Shown piece after piece: positions 25,201 through 38,600 of a stretch of DNA of 64,000 nt (its first letter is position 1; each line of letters begins with the position of its first letter). The DNA is taken from NCBI GenBank assembly GCA_004022145.1, contig RCNU01000009.1; one strand, written 5' to 3'. Position numbers and translations under genes: made by a program. This stretch comes from Paecilomyces variotii. Taxonomy: Eukaryota. The notes under the pieces are model-generated. The model made no database searches, was not told the origin of the DNA, and was given only the letters and a program-made list of their open reading frames with translations.

Positions 25201-25578
25201 ATCCCTCCGTCTCTGTCGTTCCCGATTCCTCTCCAGCTCAACATTCGCAGGTCCCAAAGAACCCGCCATATCATCCTCCATCTCCACTAGTCGATATCGT
25301 TTGCTTCCTCCATCATCCTTTTTCGCTTTAGGCTTTCTCTCCTCCCTTTCACCGGCACCACCACCACCGCCGCCACCACGCACCCGTGTGAACAGTTCCT
25401 GACAAAACGAACCGAGCTCATTCTCACTACCCCCTTCAATAAACGGCGCGAGTTTATCACCGAGTGAGCTAGACGATTTTGCGGACGCGGCAGTCGCCAG
25501 CACGAAGTCGATAACGGTAGGATCGGACGCGCCTGTCAGACGGAGGAGAGAATCCGAGACGAAGGTTCGGTCATCCAT
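22201..25578 (-). CDS. prp2: Pre-mRNA splicing DEAH-box helicase Prp2/Cdc28 (DHX16)
   Basis: Intronless from ATG 25578. Motifs [25 protein letters not shown] and QRAGRAGR, plus the DHX16-type N-terminus '[10 protein letters not shown]...YMMPEDY'. Confidence 0.93.
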   Translation of the reverse strand: MDDRTFVSDSLLRLTGASDPTVIDFVLATAASAKSSSSLGDKLAPFIEGGSENELGSFCQELFTRVRGGGGGGGAGEREERKPKAKKDDGGSKRYRLVEMEDDMAGSLGPANVELERNRERQRRRDKDKDKDRGRPADGDEGGSRWEKQDARKRERSREGDRHRSRKLRKRDVDDFEDRWGDEDYAEEELAADGEEDFHESPSKRTRLEDGPASSHSDAEDEDLDPETRAELERQRDLKERDEFAKRLANKDNTKSKKIVEDRAGTGEGARRRALADDAAARSAAMPELRMRSRQEYLKKREAERLALLRRQVAEETAELRENPNLTRKEKEEFARNREVLRIAEERLRIDDYRDGYMMPEDYITEKGKIDRKKKEEALYKRYVDRDEHGQERFVTEQEEWEQEQTAKAKAQISRAEYVDEGDYEYVFDDAQKINFIMDSKLEGDRKPMTKEQRMLAEQLDAAEKKAASIEETRKSLPIYQYREQILQAVADHQVLIIVGETGSGKTTQLPQYLHEAGYTKNGMKIGCTQPRRVAAMSVAARVAEEMGVKLGHEVGYAIRFEDNTSDKTILKYMTDGMLLRELLTEPDLGQYSALMIDEAHERTVPTDIACGLLKDIAKARPDLKLLISSATIDAQKFQKYFDDAPIFNIPGRRYPVDIHYTSQPEANYLAAAITTVFQIHITQGRGDILVFLTGQEEIEAAEQSIQETARKLGGKIPELIIAPIYANLPSELQTKIFEPTPPRARKVVLATNIAETSLTIDGIVYVIDPGFVKENVFNPRTGMESLVVTPCSRASAGQRAGRAGRVGPGKCFRLYTKWAYLNELEENTTPEIQRTNLSAVILMLKSLGIDQLLDFDFMDPPPAETIIRALEQLYALGALNDRGELTKIGRQMAEFPTDPMQAKAILAADKYGCVEEVLSIIAMVGEASALFFRPKDKKIHADSARARFTVKDGGDHLTLLNVWNQWVDSDFSYVWARENFLQQRSLTRARDVRDQLAKLCDRVEVTVSSAGSNNLIPIQKAITAGFFPNAARLQRGGDSYRTVKNGQTVYLHPSSTLFEVNPKWVIYHELVLTSKEYMRSNMPLQPEWLVEVAPHYHKKKDLETLGLDKKVPKGAGATGEKSRI

Positions 25579-27150
25579 TGTTGTTGGTGGTGCTAAGAAA
25601 GGAAATTCAGACGTAGTAGACTGGTTCGAGGATTCGTTTTTCGTTTTCGTTTTTGAACGGTTGCTAGTTTCGTAATAATGCAAATCTCACTGCGCTCAGC
25701 GTCGATTAAGTGAGATCTGTATAGTACAATACATTTGATTTCCCTTTCAGGGTTCCACGGTGCTCCTTCTTTTCTTGTGTTTCTTTTTTCAATTCTCTTC
25801 GTGATCCATTGCCGTCTGTTCTCTCTCTCGCGCGGCTGCTGCTCCTGCTCCTGCTCGAAGAGACGCAGGGAAGACACGAGAGAAAGAGGAAAAGAAAGGG
25901 ATTGATTGATCGATTGATTGACAGAGCTTCGCCCCCTTTCTAACCGCGATCCACGGTTCACGATCAAAAGGAAAACACGGCGGCGAAAGTGGCGATAGAC
26001 TGAAGGAGGGGCGTCGAGCTCACAGAACTCATCGTCGTCGGAGTAGGAGAAAGTTCACCGCCGCCAAGACCGGCGCCAGCTTTCTCTCCGCGCGGCAAAA
26101 AAAAGTAAAGAAATGACAACATTCAACGCTTTTTATTCTTACTCCCGGCTTCTGCTTTAAGATTTACCAACGTGTTGCAGCTGCTGAATACTCGGACTAC
26201 TGGGATAATACTTGATCTACCCCTGACTATTTGCTCTACAGCTATTGAACCACTCTCCAGATTGAATATCATAAAGTTCGTGTTCTCATTGCGTGAGACT
26301 ATAAACAGGCCGCTCAAAACTCGGCTCCAGACCCCTTTTGAGGCCATAGGTATCTAGCAATTCGATAAAAGACAACAAGACACAGCAGGTCTAAAGATGC
26401 CGCCATCACCACTGCCAATATCGCGCCAGGATTCAAGCCCAAGGCAGGAAAGGTGACATTAGAATACAGGGGGGTCCCAATCGGATCGATCGATCGGACC
26501 ACTTTTCTCAAAAGAAAAGAACAAGAAGGAAAGGAAAGACCGGCAACAAGACGCACACGGACGGACCGACATAGTCCTAGAAAGCTCAAGGCGAACACAG
26601 TTGTTTGGAGCGAAGGGGGTATGGGTAGTAGCGGTCTGAAACAGCGCAAACCTCGCAATCCAATGCAGATGATAATGATAACCCTTGGGAAGGCCGAGAT
26701 GGAAAATACAGCAGATGCCAGACAGACACAGGCAAGAAAAAAAAGAAAAGAGAAAAAGGAAACAGAAGGATCGTCCCGGAGATCATTATCAAACAAAGAA
26801 TCGACGTGGCTATGTGAGATATTGGGCAATAGAACAAAGGAAAAAAGTTTGGAGATGATGGACGTAACAAAGTGAGAGGGTGTACACGTGAGGATCTATC
26901 GCTACCGTCAAAGAACAGTAGACAAAAAGAAAAAATCCTGCACCAAATATCTGACTACTCTTACAAGGTTTCCCAAACGAACCTCGCACGTCGACTGCAA
27001 ATCGATAGTCGTTGCCATTGCATGTAGTGCAATGTTCGTCAGAAAACATCAAATGGCGCTGAGAAATGCGAAAACGCCTCCGATCCGTCAATTAACTCGA
27101 TTAAACGCTGAGGTCATTCGGCATGGGCGATTGCATATTCGTTGGAACAA

Positions 27151-30100
27151 TTAGACATCAATCATTTCGGCATCTTCGGCAAGCACTTCGTCGGCTGGGC
27201 CCCAGTTGCCTTCGAACACGGTGGCCCCGGCGCGGCGCCGACGTTCAGCAAACTGGACTCCGTACGTCTGAAGGATCTGGTCCGCAGTAGGACGATCGTC
27301 GGGATTTGGGGAGATCATCCAACGGACAATCTTGTCCAAGGCCTGCTCGTGGTTCGCATCTACCATGAACTCGGGAGGCTCCACCAGCTCACCGCTGCGT
27401 GCGAGACGGACGGCCTTTTGTTCTCGAGATCGGTGGGTGTGGAGGAAGCTGTCTGCACCAAAGTCATCATCACCGAACTCAGATGCACACAGCTTCTCAA
27501 ACGAGGGCTCTTCGGACAGAGGGTTGCCTGACGCATCTCGGAAGATGCTTGTCTCGGAACTCCATGTCAAGCTGGGGACGTCGCTCATGTCACCGTTGCG
27601 CAGTTTCTGCCACGACAGACCGTTGTCAGGAAGCTCGACATTGCCAGCGATCTCGAACATGATCAAGCCTAGCGCGAAGATATCCGCAGGCTTGTCGTAC
27701 CGACCCATGAGGATTTCGGGGCCGATGTATTCACGATCACCTTCGCCCTCAATCCCGGCTTCAGCAGGCCAACGTGCAGCCATTCCGAAATCCGCAATCT
27801 TCAGCACGCCTTCAAAAGTGATCAAGATGTTGGCGGGCTTCAAATCAAGGTGGATAAAGCCGGAGTCATGAATATGCTTGAGTCCCTGACCAACGAAGTC
27901 AGCTCTGTCATGTACCTCCTACGACGAATATGGGAAAGGGGCTTACCAGAGATAGTTCGAGCAAGATCTTCCAGATGCGGAAATCATCAAGTCTGGCCTT
28001 CAGACCGACCTGGGCAAGGAAGACATCCAGGCTACCTTCTTCGCAGTATTCAGTCTGGATATACAGGTGGCCCTTGTCCTCCCAGCTGTCTACAAAGGAT
28101 ATGATGTGGTCCGAGTTAGCCAACGCTTTCAGAACGTCGACTTCGCGGATCCGGCGCTGGCGATCTTTGGGCCCCGTATACGGATGCTTCGCTTTCTTCA
28201 CTGCCCAGATGCGGTCAGGAAGGGCCGTCGGGGTTGTGGTCCCGCTGGAAGGCAGGGAGAAGATTGACGAATATGAGGATGCGTGAGGCTGAGAGACACG
28301 ATACACCTGAGAGAACTCGCCAGTCCCGACCAATTCGACACGTTCGAAGCGTGCGGTAAGACTGGGGTCGACGTCAGGCGCATTGTACACGTTCAAAGGC
28401 AGACTAGGGCGGTGGCCCGGCTGGGGGAACGAGTCCCGCGGCCCTGTGGGAGTTGCGGGAAGCACCGTCTGACTGAAGTCGGGCTGGGCAAGAGGGGGAT
28501 CGTTCGCAGCGGAGATGGACAGTCCGCTGGGGTCAGGCGGAAAGTACTGGTCCTGAGGAGTACGAGGAGAGGCCCGTAGAAACTTGTCATTCAGAGGACT
28601 CGTGCTTGGTCCTTTAGGCTCTGAGAGTCTCTCCAGAGGGGTGAGCTGCGTACTCGGAGGAGGATACGTTCTGGATGGGAAGAAAGACTGCTTCGTCGGA
28701 GTCGGGGGCAAATCAAAGTCATTCATGGCATTGTCGTGCCTGGCTGAAGGTGACTGCGACAGACGGTCGTCACCATCCAGACTGACCCAACTGCCACGCC
28801 GCGACGTCTCTGGCTTATTGAACGTGCTGCCAAAGATGCCGACCCCACGAGAGAAAGGCCCAGGGGACGGGCGTGACTCCGGCGGGTTGAACGGCGAGGC
28901 AGGGGCCGCGAATGACTGACGAAGGAGCTTTGGTTTCTCGATTGGACGCTCAGGCAATGCCTTGTGCGTTGAGAACAAATTGACGGGTCGTTTACAGGGG
29001 GTGTCTGGCATGTTCTTGCTGAATCCAAGCGAGCTGTGAGGATCCTCGGCATTGCGATTCTTCTTTGAGATCAGTCCCGTCGACATAAAGGCAGCTGGCA
29101 GAGGTTTCACGAGCTTGTAATTATCCGGCGTTGCAAAGGAATCCGACGAAGAAGTAGAGTCTTCCCGGGTGAGCTGACGTCCAGCTCCTGGTCGTGTTGC
29201 TCCTACCGGGAGAGACTTGGAGAAATTGAAGATTGGTTTTGGTCGGTCAACCTTGTGAACCGGCTCATGCGTAGGTGACTCGTCTGCCAGACTGGAACTC
29301 GAGGAGGATTGAGTGATGGTCCTCGAAAGAGGATGTCGTGCATTGTTTCCGCCATTGGACGAGAACAAGGACCGACCAGGCGGATTTGAAAATGTGCCAC
29401 TCGAGCCGAAGAGACTTTCTTTTGGCGCAGGAGGAGGGAGGAAAAGATTGCTATCAAGAGACATGCGAGGACGGATCGACGGACTGCCAGTCGGCGTCTC
29501 TGGCGCGTCACTCGAGCCCCGGGATCGGGTAAGGAAAAAGCGATCGCTTTGCCGTTGTTGAAGCGTGGATCTTCTCAGCGATGATGAGCGCTTGGGAATC
29601 GTCGCCAGAGGACTGAACGGCGTATGCTGAGTGAAGGGTGTTGGGTTCGTGTTCTCGTCAGCAGAACTCTCTGATGCGTCACCGGCCGTATTTAGTCCGC
29701 TGTCGTCATTCGCGAAGATGTTGAATTCGTTTCCAAAGGATGCGCTGTGAACGCTGCGCCGTTTCGCTGAGGGACTGCCCCGGCTTGCCTGGTCCAGTCC
29801 CATAATCCCGTCGCTGCGCTTCAGAGGACTGACTGACGGTGGAAAGCCGCCAAACGTCCCGCTGCGTCTCTTCTCAATGCGAAAACTGCTGGATTTCAAT
29901 ACGGTACTCGGTTCGGTTGCGCCAGTCGCATCCCCCGTACAAGAGCCTTCGCTGGTCTCGCTATCATCGTCAGGGACGTTGGGGGTCTCTGTCATATTCT
30001 CGTCACCCGGCGGAAGGATCAATGGCTGAACGGGAGTCGCGTTTCCCTGGTCCGTCGAGTCTGTCAGGGCGCGCTTGACCGGACTCCGAGGCGAGGTGCG

Positions 30101-30454
30101 CGTCCGGGTTGGTTGGAGAGTGCCGGTACGGCGCATCACCGGTCGAGTGATCTTTGCACTGGGAGGATACGGCACCGCCAGCGGAGACGCGTTGGAAGAC
30201 TGAGGGACAAAGAAGAGGTTTCCGTGGTGTATTCGTCTGGACGGTGACAGTGGCGAGGAGACGAAGGGGGTGTTCGATGGCGATTTGGTCCGCGATGGCA
30301 GGAGGCGGAAATCCGAGTTCTTCGAGGGGGAGCGCGACAATGACCGACGAAGTTGTCTTATGGCGGAACTCGCATCGACATGGTGCATCCCGGTGGGAGA
30401 TGGTAGATGAAGGGTACCGCCTGCATCGCGGTGTGGTGAAAACGTAGCGACCAT
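27151..30454 (-). CDS. wee1: Wee1/Swe1-family mitosis inhibitor kinase; exons 30454-27947, 27885-27151
   Basis: Motifs 'GTGEFSQVY', 'HLDLKPANILI', 'KIADFGMA' and the Wee1-diagnostic 'EGDREY', after a long S/P-rich regulatory N-terminus. The intron joins the frames in phase 0. Confidence 0.93.
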
Positions 30455-31531
30455 GGTTTGGGAATGTTGTGACGCGCACCGATCCCACACTGAATCTTCT
30501 CTTTTCTTTTTCACTGGATACTTCTCTCGTCTTAGGCCCGTCACAAACGCTGTCCGGCCGGTACTTGGTGATTTGCTGATCTTTCTCTTGTCCTGGAGAT
30601 CTTCCAAAAGGCGCGCGATGACCACCAGACTGCTGGGATATCTGGGAAAACAGGTTGTGGTTCACGTCGAGTCGTATTGTTCGGCGCCGCCGCTTGTCTT
30701 CTGGCAAGATCGGCAGGAAGACAGACGCTCTTCTTTTTTTTGTTCTCGAGGATGGAGACACGACAAGACAACAAGGCGTCCAGCTGAGGGCGGGTGTCAA
30801 TTGCCGCGTGAACAGAGGCTGTGTGTTAGAAACAATCGGTGATACCGGAAACCGCACTGGAATGTGGATCAGGATCAGGAAGCGAATCAATATGTCGAAG
30901 GATGTCCGATGTTCAAGACTCGACGTCACACAATCATTGCGAGTCAACGGAATCCGATGATGTTGACGCCTCCATGCGTCCTGGTGCACCTATCCCCACA
31001 CCCCGACAACAACAACAACTCCACGGGCACGCGCCCTGAAACCCTTCGTCCTGCGCGCAGTGGTGCCTCGTTTGCCGTGGAATGTTTCGACAGGCGACCG
31101 TCGCGCGACGTCCGGCAGGTGCGATGGGGATGGGGGAGTTCGTCTTGTCTTGTTCTCCCTTTCGCGTGCGCTTCTTTTAGCGCCAGTGACCCGTCCCCGA
31201 AAGGGATTGATTCAACAACCAGAAAGATCTCACAAGAGGGGGGCCCTTCGATGATCGGGAAACCCAGGCGCTGACGGTCGCGCGCAAGGGGACGTGTTGG
31301 TTCCGGAAGATCCAACAAAATCCGCCACGGACAGATGGGGGGAACACTAAAAAAGATGCGTTATCGCAACAACGACGTCAATGAACGGTGAGGGACTGCG
31401 GGACGTTGTAGTTCGAGGGGTGCCTTGAAGTGGTTGGCGATCGTATATTTTGGTGTTTTATTGTAATTAATTTTTTTAATTGTTGGACAAAGGCGGGATA
31501 GAGTTTCCAGGGACGAGAATGTCGGGAAAGG

Positions 31532-31551
31532 GAGAGAGAGAGAGAGAGAGA
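31532..31551. repeat. (GA)n microsatellite
   Basis: GA run upstream of wee1 (a CT-rich tract on the wee1 sense strand). Confidence 0.85.
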
Positions 31552-32660
31552 AGAGAGAATGTCGAGGAAGTCGGGGCGCCTTCTTGGTTTGGTCCAAAAG
31601 CCTCTCGCAGTCGCTCTTTCCCCAAGAGTTTCCCACGCGCTCGCGTTGTTGTTGACTTGTTCGCCTGATTGGGTTTAGTGCCTTGGGCGGCGACGCGCCA
31701 CCGCGACGGCCCGCGACGAGAGACACTGACAGTGACCCAGCTGGTACTCGCAGGGTACCCAACAGCCTGCCCAGCACGCCATACACCACCAAGTATCTGA
31801 CAGGTCACTCTGTTGTCTCTCGATTCTACAACTCCCGCTTTCCCTCCCAATGGTAGAAGCAGACTATAGTACAGTGATAATTCTCAGCAACAGTAACTGT
31901 TGTTCGTCTACTCTCACACGCAGCCTAACATCCCAGGCAGTCCAGATCAGTGGCAAATGGTCCCATTTACCTCTCTCTCCACTTGTCGCATCACGGGCCA
32001 TCTGCCCCTCCCTCACAGACCACCGCGTCACAGCGTGCCAGTCACATGAGTGCCCTCTTTGCTAACTAAGCGGAAGTCCTGAAGAGATCACAACATTCAA
32101 CCCAAGCATCTGAACTGAAAGAGTCTCTAAGACTAAGTAGACAAACAACCAAACCACTGTAGAAAAAGAACATTGCTATTGTCCATCCAGTCTATATACA
32201 AGACCAATCCCCTGTCTACCAAGTCCTATCTATGTATCAATAATAATATGGGCTGTGGAACGCGAAAATAAACAATATGATGATGCTGATCCAGATCCAT
32301 CATCATCTGTGAAGTTTGAACACACTCTATACTCGACCAACAAAGCCCTTCAAGATGTCAAACCTCCCCACCAGAAACCACGTGTTGGACCCCATTAACG
32401 CCGCTGTACAGACAAGACGCCCTTGCAGACCAACTGTCGATAGTTCGTGGTCATCTCCACACTCCACACTCCCTTCGACCAAAGGCTCTGGAACTCAATC
32501 ATCATCTTCTAGGGGCTCCAAGAAAACCCCCCTTCCCATTCCTTGCCATCTCCTCACGTCCTAGACCTTGAGAATGTCCGCTGACCTTTGCTTAAGACGA
32601 AACCGTGTTATCTGTTCCGACAAGAGACAGATCCAAAGCGTTCCCGCTGGCCACAACGGA

Positions 32661-35600
32661 TCAGTAACCATTCGTATCCTGGGTAATAACAGAAAGGATC
32701 TCCCGTCGTAAATCGGTGAGTATGGTTTCCGCTGTCGCTTCGTTGACAAGATTCTTCGGCCCGAAGACGCCCACGTCCAGTGCGTCCCCCCGGACGGCAG
32801 CTTCGATATCAATCGTCGGCTATGCAAGACAGACTCGGTTAGTTCTTGATGCCACATGGAACCATATGCGATGTCACATACCAGGAAAATGTCTTCTAAA
32901 AATCCAGAGCGCTCGGGGTCAAAGCTGCTTTGGCTGTCTTGGCCATGATTAACGGTCAAACAGTGATCCTCTTTCGCCTCGGCGTTGCCATTGTCCTCTG
33001 CCAGAAGGGCCTTGATTTCCTGGGGATCTGCTGGCTCCACTCCCACATGTCGTTTATCGCCGTGATCCTGATCCTGCGCTGGTCTAGACTCAGGAAGTCT
33101 GAGGAAGTTGACGCATGTGTCTACTCGCACGCCGGTCCAGTCTGCGATCTCCACAAGCGACACGCCTGAATACTCAATTCGCCCGATTTCCTGTATATCC
33201 TTCTGTATCCTTTGCGCCACACTGAAAATGGACTCCCCGCTAGCTGCTGCATTTTCGATCTTCAGAGGGACAATGTTCACCGTGGGCGCTGTGAGCTCTT
33301 CTAATCCTTCCAGATCGTGGCCGCGGTTTGCTAGATACAATCCGACGATGACATGACCCGTTTCTGATCCATCATTGGTCTTTGTCAACCGCGATTGTAC
33401 GCGCGCGTAGGCCGCTAGGAACAGAGCTTGAATACTTATCGCGTGCTGTCGTGCCGCCATTTCGACCCGCGAGATATCCGAGAGCAGTCCCGGTCGATAG
33501 AAGCTCTTGATCTCAGTGTATGATGATGCCAGTGTCTCTGATTTCTTGTACGTTCTCTGCCCAAGATAGCCTTCCCAGAACTCCCGTCGCTTCTCCACAG
33601 GCGATCTAGTACTTTGAAACGCCACGAGTGTCGCCAGATCAAGGCTCGACTCACTCTTGGAAACCTCACCATTGCAGAAACTGCCAAGAGCATCGATAAG
33701 CATTGGAAGACTCACGGCATCGTAAAGTGCATGGTGAATCTCAAGCGCTATGTAGATAGCATCGGTTCTCGCGTAGGCGTGGAGTGTCACTGGCACTGAA
33801 TGGATGTTTCTCTTCTTCGATTCCCCAGCAGCATTGGATGCGTGCCAAACGATAGGGTTCCGGATATCATTCAGCACCACTGCGATATAAGGCATGTCTC
33901 TCTCAGCCGTCGGAATGAAGGCGGTGCGTAACATGGCTTCACGTTGTATCAAAAGCCTCCATGCATCATCTAACCGGCTGTGATCATTGAGGTCATGGAT
34001 TTTGTACCAGAATTTCGGGTAGAACACGGATGGATTCAGCTCATTCATCGCCAGGAGGTATGTTTGGCCAGCAGTCGTAGGGGAGATCCGGTCGACATGC
34101 TGCCGCTGGATATCATAGGATTGTAGCAAGCTAGGAACATCGATCCTTGCCAGCAGGGTATCCAGCACCGGTGTCACATCTCCAGACTTGAATCCCATAC
34201 CCTCAACCTTCACGGTCCTAGCCATCGCCCTGATGGTACCAGCCTTGAGCATGTCACTCACTGGAAGCGTGATAGACTGTTTCTTCAACAAGGACGACAC
34301 TTTTATGGCACTGATGCTATCCAGACCGAGATGGAACAGGGTCGCATCCTTACCAATCTCTTGCTCGGGAATTCCAGACACGGACGCAAGAACCTGACGA
34401 ATATTCGTCTCAAGTGTAGACCATTCTTCATGAGACTGAGAGATTGTATTGTCTTTCGATGTCGCCTGCGCTGTCGCAGCCTGCTCCTGGAACGCTCGGC
34501 CCTCACAGATTGAGACTCCACTGTCAACAAAGTCTAGAACCGGTCGATCTGGCTGTTGGAGAATCAGAGCGAACATATCACAAACACGCTCCAAGAGCAC
34601 TGCAGTCTCTGATGCTCCCAAAGTAGTATCATGGCATGCCACTCTCCATATGAGCGATCCACTCGTATTCTCCAGTTCAACGCATACAGGATACTCTAGA
34701 TTGGATGACGCATCAACAGATTTGTATAAAGCCTTCTGTGGATGGACGGCTTCTTCTGGCCTTTTCTGGTAGATGAACAGAGAATCGAAGAGTGCTCGAG
34801 AACTCATGTCGGGCTTTGCCTTTCTCAGAGGGAAATGTTGATAAGAGGCCATATCAGCCAGAACCCCTTGGGTGTATTTTAGCATTTCTGACCGCGTACC
34901 ATGGATAATAGAACGCATGGCAACTGTGTTCATAGTAGGGAACATCACTTGCTCTGCATTGGCAATGTCGCGACCTGAAAGTACCAGTCCGAAGACGACA
35001 TCTAGCCTCTTGACGTACTCCGCGAGTACAAGGGCCCAGCACGTAGACGCGAGAGCTTGCAGAGTAATCCCGACTTTCTTGCAGAAGCTATTAACTTCTT
35101 CGACCGCCACCAAAAGGGTCTTCTCCTGGCGATGCACAACCTGTTGCCGCCCGCCAGCGTCTGCTCCTGCGGGGAATTTAGTAGGAGTGCAATTGGAAAG
35201 AGCAGTTTTCCAATACTCAGAAGCTTGCTGTCCAGAAGACTCAATCAAGTGCTCCAGAACACCATCATACGGAGGCCGCTCGCAAGATCCACCGGCATAA
35301 CATTTTGCGACGTCGGCATGGAGCAAACCGAGTGACCATCCGTCATAGAGAGCATGAGCGACTGAGAAAATCAGATAGCGCTTGTTGTTTTCGGTCAATA
35401 TAACACGCAGCGCCATAAGAGGCTCGGTGTTGTTGGCGTTTCTGTCTCGGACTGGTATCTGGCCCTCGAGCACCTTGTTCACTGGTTGGTCCTTCCACTC
35501 AACAACAGGAATATCTAAAGCCACATCATGCACGAGTTGGGCATACGAAAATGGCACACGCGGGTCTGAGATCTCCGCAAAGGTCGTCCGCAAGATTGGA

Positions 35601-38600
35601 TGAGTCTTGAAGACTTGGTCCCAAGCGCTTTTCAGTCTTTCTAGGTCCACGTCTGGTTCGATCTCCAGGATATCATGGTTGTAATAATGTGTGTAGTCCG
35701 ATGCCACCATTTCCGCCACCATGGCCTCTTGAATTGCGGTTGCGGGCAACACTCGAATGGTATCTTTGGAGATCTCTCCATCCCGGGTCAGGCATTCGGT
35801 TATATCCTTTTCGTATCGGGAAAGGGATGTCCTCGAGATAGATGAGCTGCCATTAACCGGTTGCACTAGCTGCGCGGCCATTTTTTCGATAGTGCGCTGG
35901 CGCATGATAGTGCTGACAGGCAGACTTATGTCGAGGATCTTCAGTCTGGAAGAGACCTTTATTGCATCTATGCTGTCCAAACCGAGTTCGAAAATCGATG
36001 TGGTTTCTTTTATGTCATTTGGATCAATTCCAGCCAGCTCAGCAATGACATTTCGAATCATCTGGGACTCGGCATTCCATTCAAATTGGGTGGCTTTTCC
36101 TTGTCCTCGGTCGGACTCTCCTGTTCCCTGAGTCGTCGCGGTGGCGTGGCCGTTCAGAGATGTCGCGACACCATTGCTGTAAGATAGCTCTCTTGAAGGG
36201 TCCTCTATGAGTTGCAAGAGAGTGTCCCGGAAGAGGCGAAGCAAATCCTGGGCGTCTTCGGAGGAGATAGATTGTGTATTTGCAACGACTGTCGCAGTCA
36301 ACGACTGGTCGTCCTTGTGTTGTACTTCGAAAGCCAAAGGATATCCCATCTCTGCTTCACTGTCCAGTGGGAACCATAGGTTTTTCTCTGAGGAAGTGTG
36401 CATACTGCTGCTTTTCTGGAATACGAACAGCGACTCAAAGAGCGGCTGGTCTGGAGACCTGCGTGTCCACTTCATTATATCTCGCAGAGGAGTATGTTGG
36501 AAAGGAATGGTGGAAGTATAGTAATCGTGACAGCGCCGCACTAGGTCAGACCAAGTACTGAGATGGCTGAACCGCACATTGCTTGGAAGTGTGTTGAACA
36601 ATGGACCTATCAATTCTTCTATTCCAGGGACGTCGAGCGCCCTCCCTGAAACCACCATACCAAGTGTTGGGACCCTTCCAAATTGACGATATAGGACGAG
36701 AAGCCAACAGGCATGAAGTATAGATTGCTCGGTGACACTGAGCAATCGTCTGAGGACCTCCAAGCCACCCACGTCGTCGATATCGAGTTTGGCACTGGCT
36801 GTGCTATACTGGTCATCATCTTGCCGTGCACTGGAGAAAAGTGTCCCCACCGGAGCGTCGGCCAGATGCTCAGTCCAAAACTTTTCTGCGCCAGGAATCT
36901 TGCACAAGGGGCCCAGAGGCAAGACATCCAAAAATGAAAGTCCACTGGAGGAAGAGTCATTTTGAAGATATATGTGAGCAATCTTCTCTAACAGCAGCGG
37001 TAAACTGTTGCCGTCATATAGGGCATGGAAGATGTCCAGACACATCAATGATCTCGTTGGGGATGTGATCAAACCGACCTGCCAGGGCGAAGCACAGAAG
37101 TCACCCATTCTTTTGCACCATTTCATGAAATTATGGCGTCTCAAGTTATCCACATCCTCGCTATTTGCAGTAGTCATCTCGAACCACGGAAGCTCACTCT
37201 CTTTGAGGACGACTTGAGCGTAACCGTCTGGCGTTGGCGCGAACCTCGTACGAAGTAGCTGCTCCGCCTTTTGCGAGTGCTCCCATGAGCCTTTCAGTCG
37301 TTCGGAGTCAATCGGAAGTACCAACTCGAAAGCGAAAGAGGAGCAATATAGCGGCTTGTCACTTTCTAGGAAGTGATAAATCATTCCTTCCTGTAGTGGA
37401 GTGCAAGGAGCAACAGCGTCGATAGTCGAAGAAGCGATTTGAAGGTAACCTGCAGCAAGATGGAGATATTTGTGAGAAAAGGCCATGATGTTTTGTCGTG
37501 CCTCTCTGTAAATGTTCTCCATCGAAGCGGAATTGATGCTTGAGCTTTGAAGCTCCTTCGTTATTCCAGAAATAGTGGGGTCTTAAAAAGGGTCAGCTCT
37601 GTCTCGAAATCACACATTAGATAGATACTCACTCTTCATTATGACTGACGGCTGTGCCTGCGAAAATCCGGCTTCCCTGAGAGCCCTGCCAAATGATATC
37701 ACTGAAATCGAGTCCAAACCCAGTTCGTAAATACTGGACTCAGGGGATATTTCTTTATCTGCACTACCAAGATATCCCGAAAGCACAGAAATAACTTTCT
37801 TCAATGTCTCATCGTCCACATCCACCGCGTCTCTGCTCAGCGAGTTCAATGACTGCAATTCTTCGATCGACATAGCCTGGTACAATGCCTTTAGAGTCTT
37901 CGCGTCCGCCTTGTTATTAGCAGACAGAGGGAAAGATGTGATGGGAATGATATGCGTTGGGACCATGTAGCCAGGAAGATGAGACCGGCAGGCATTCTTA
38001 ACAGCTGATAACAAGCTGCCATCATCCTCATTGATACAGATCTCCACGGAATTTCGTTTCTGCTTCTGGCTGCCCTTAGTGACGAAGGAAATCAGTTGTT
38101 CCTTTGACTGCTTTGGATGCTTGACTACTAACGTAGCAACTTCTCCCACATCTGGCGCTGCGCCTTTGATTACCTCGTTGATTTCCCCAATCTCAAGACG
38201 CTGTCCACGCAGTTTCACCTGGTCATCTATGCGGCCCAGGAACTGGAAAGTACCGTCCCATAAGAGCCGCACGAGATCACCTGTTCGATAAGCGCGTTCG
38301 TTGAACTCCTCCAAGAACTGGAACTTCTCCGTTGTCAAATCCGGACGATTAAGGTAGCCACGTCCGACAAGAGGACCCGAGACACAAAGCTCACCCACAC
38401 TGCCGCGCAAGACGGGGGTTTTCGTCCCAGGCTGGAAGACATATGATCCGACATTATCAAATTGAGGCCCAATATTTGACGGTTTTCCGTTAGCGGGGAC
38501 TCTGGGGAACATGGTGCAACCTATTGTGACCTCTGTTGGACCATATCCATTGTAGATGACTCCCTGCTCTCCCCATGCATCAAGGATCTCTTGTTTCAGT

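Noticed and set aside
22420-25331. Antisense and alternative-frame ORFs over prp2
   Set aside because: Shadow ORFs with no independent motifs.
25579-25683. 35-codon in-frame extension upstream of prp2
   Set aside because: Begins at a non-ATG codon; ATG 25578 (MDDRTF) fits the expected start.
30003-30989. 328-aa ORF overlapping the wee1 start as a possible regulatory uORF, and a 57-codon in-frame wee1 extension
   Set aside because: Both start at GTG, with no ATG in these frames upstream of the wee1 start; no support for translation.
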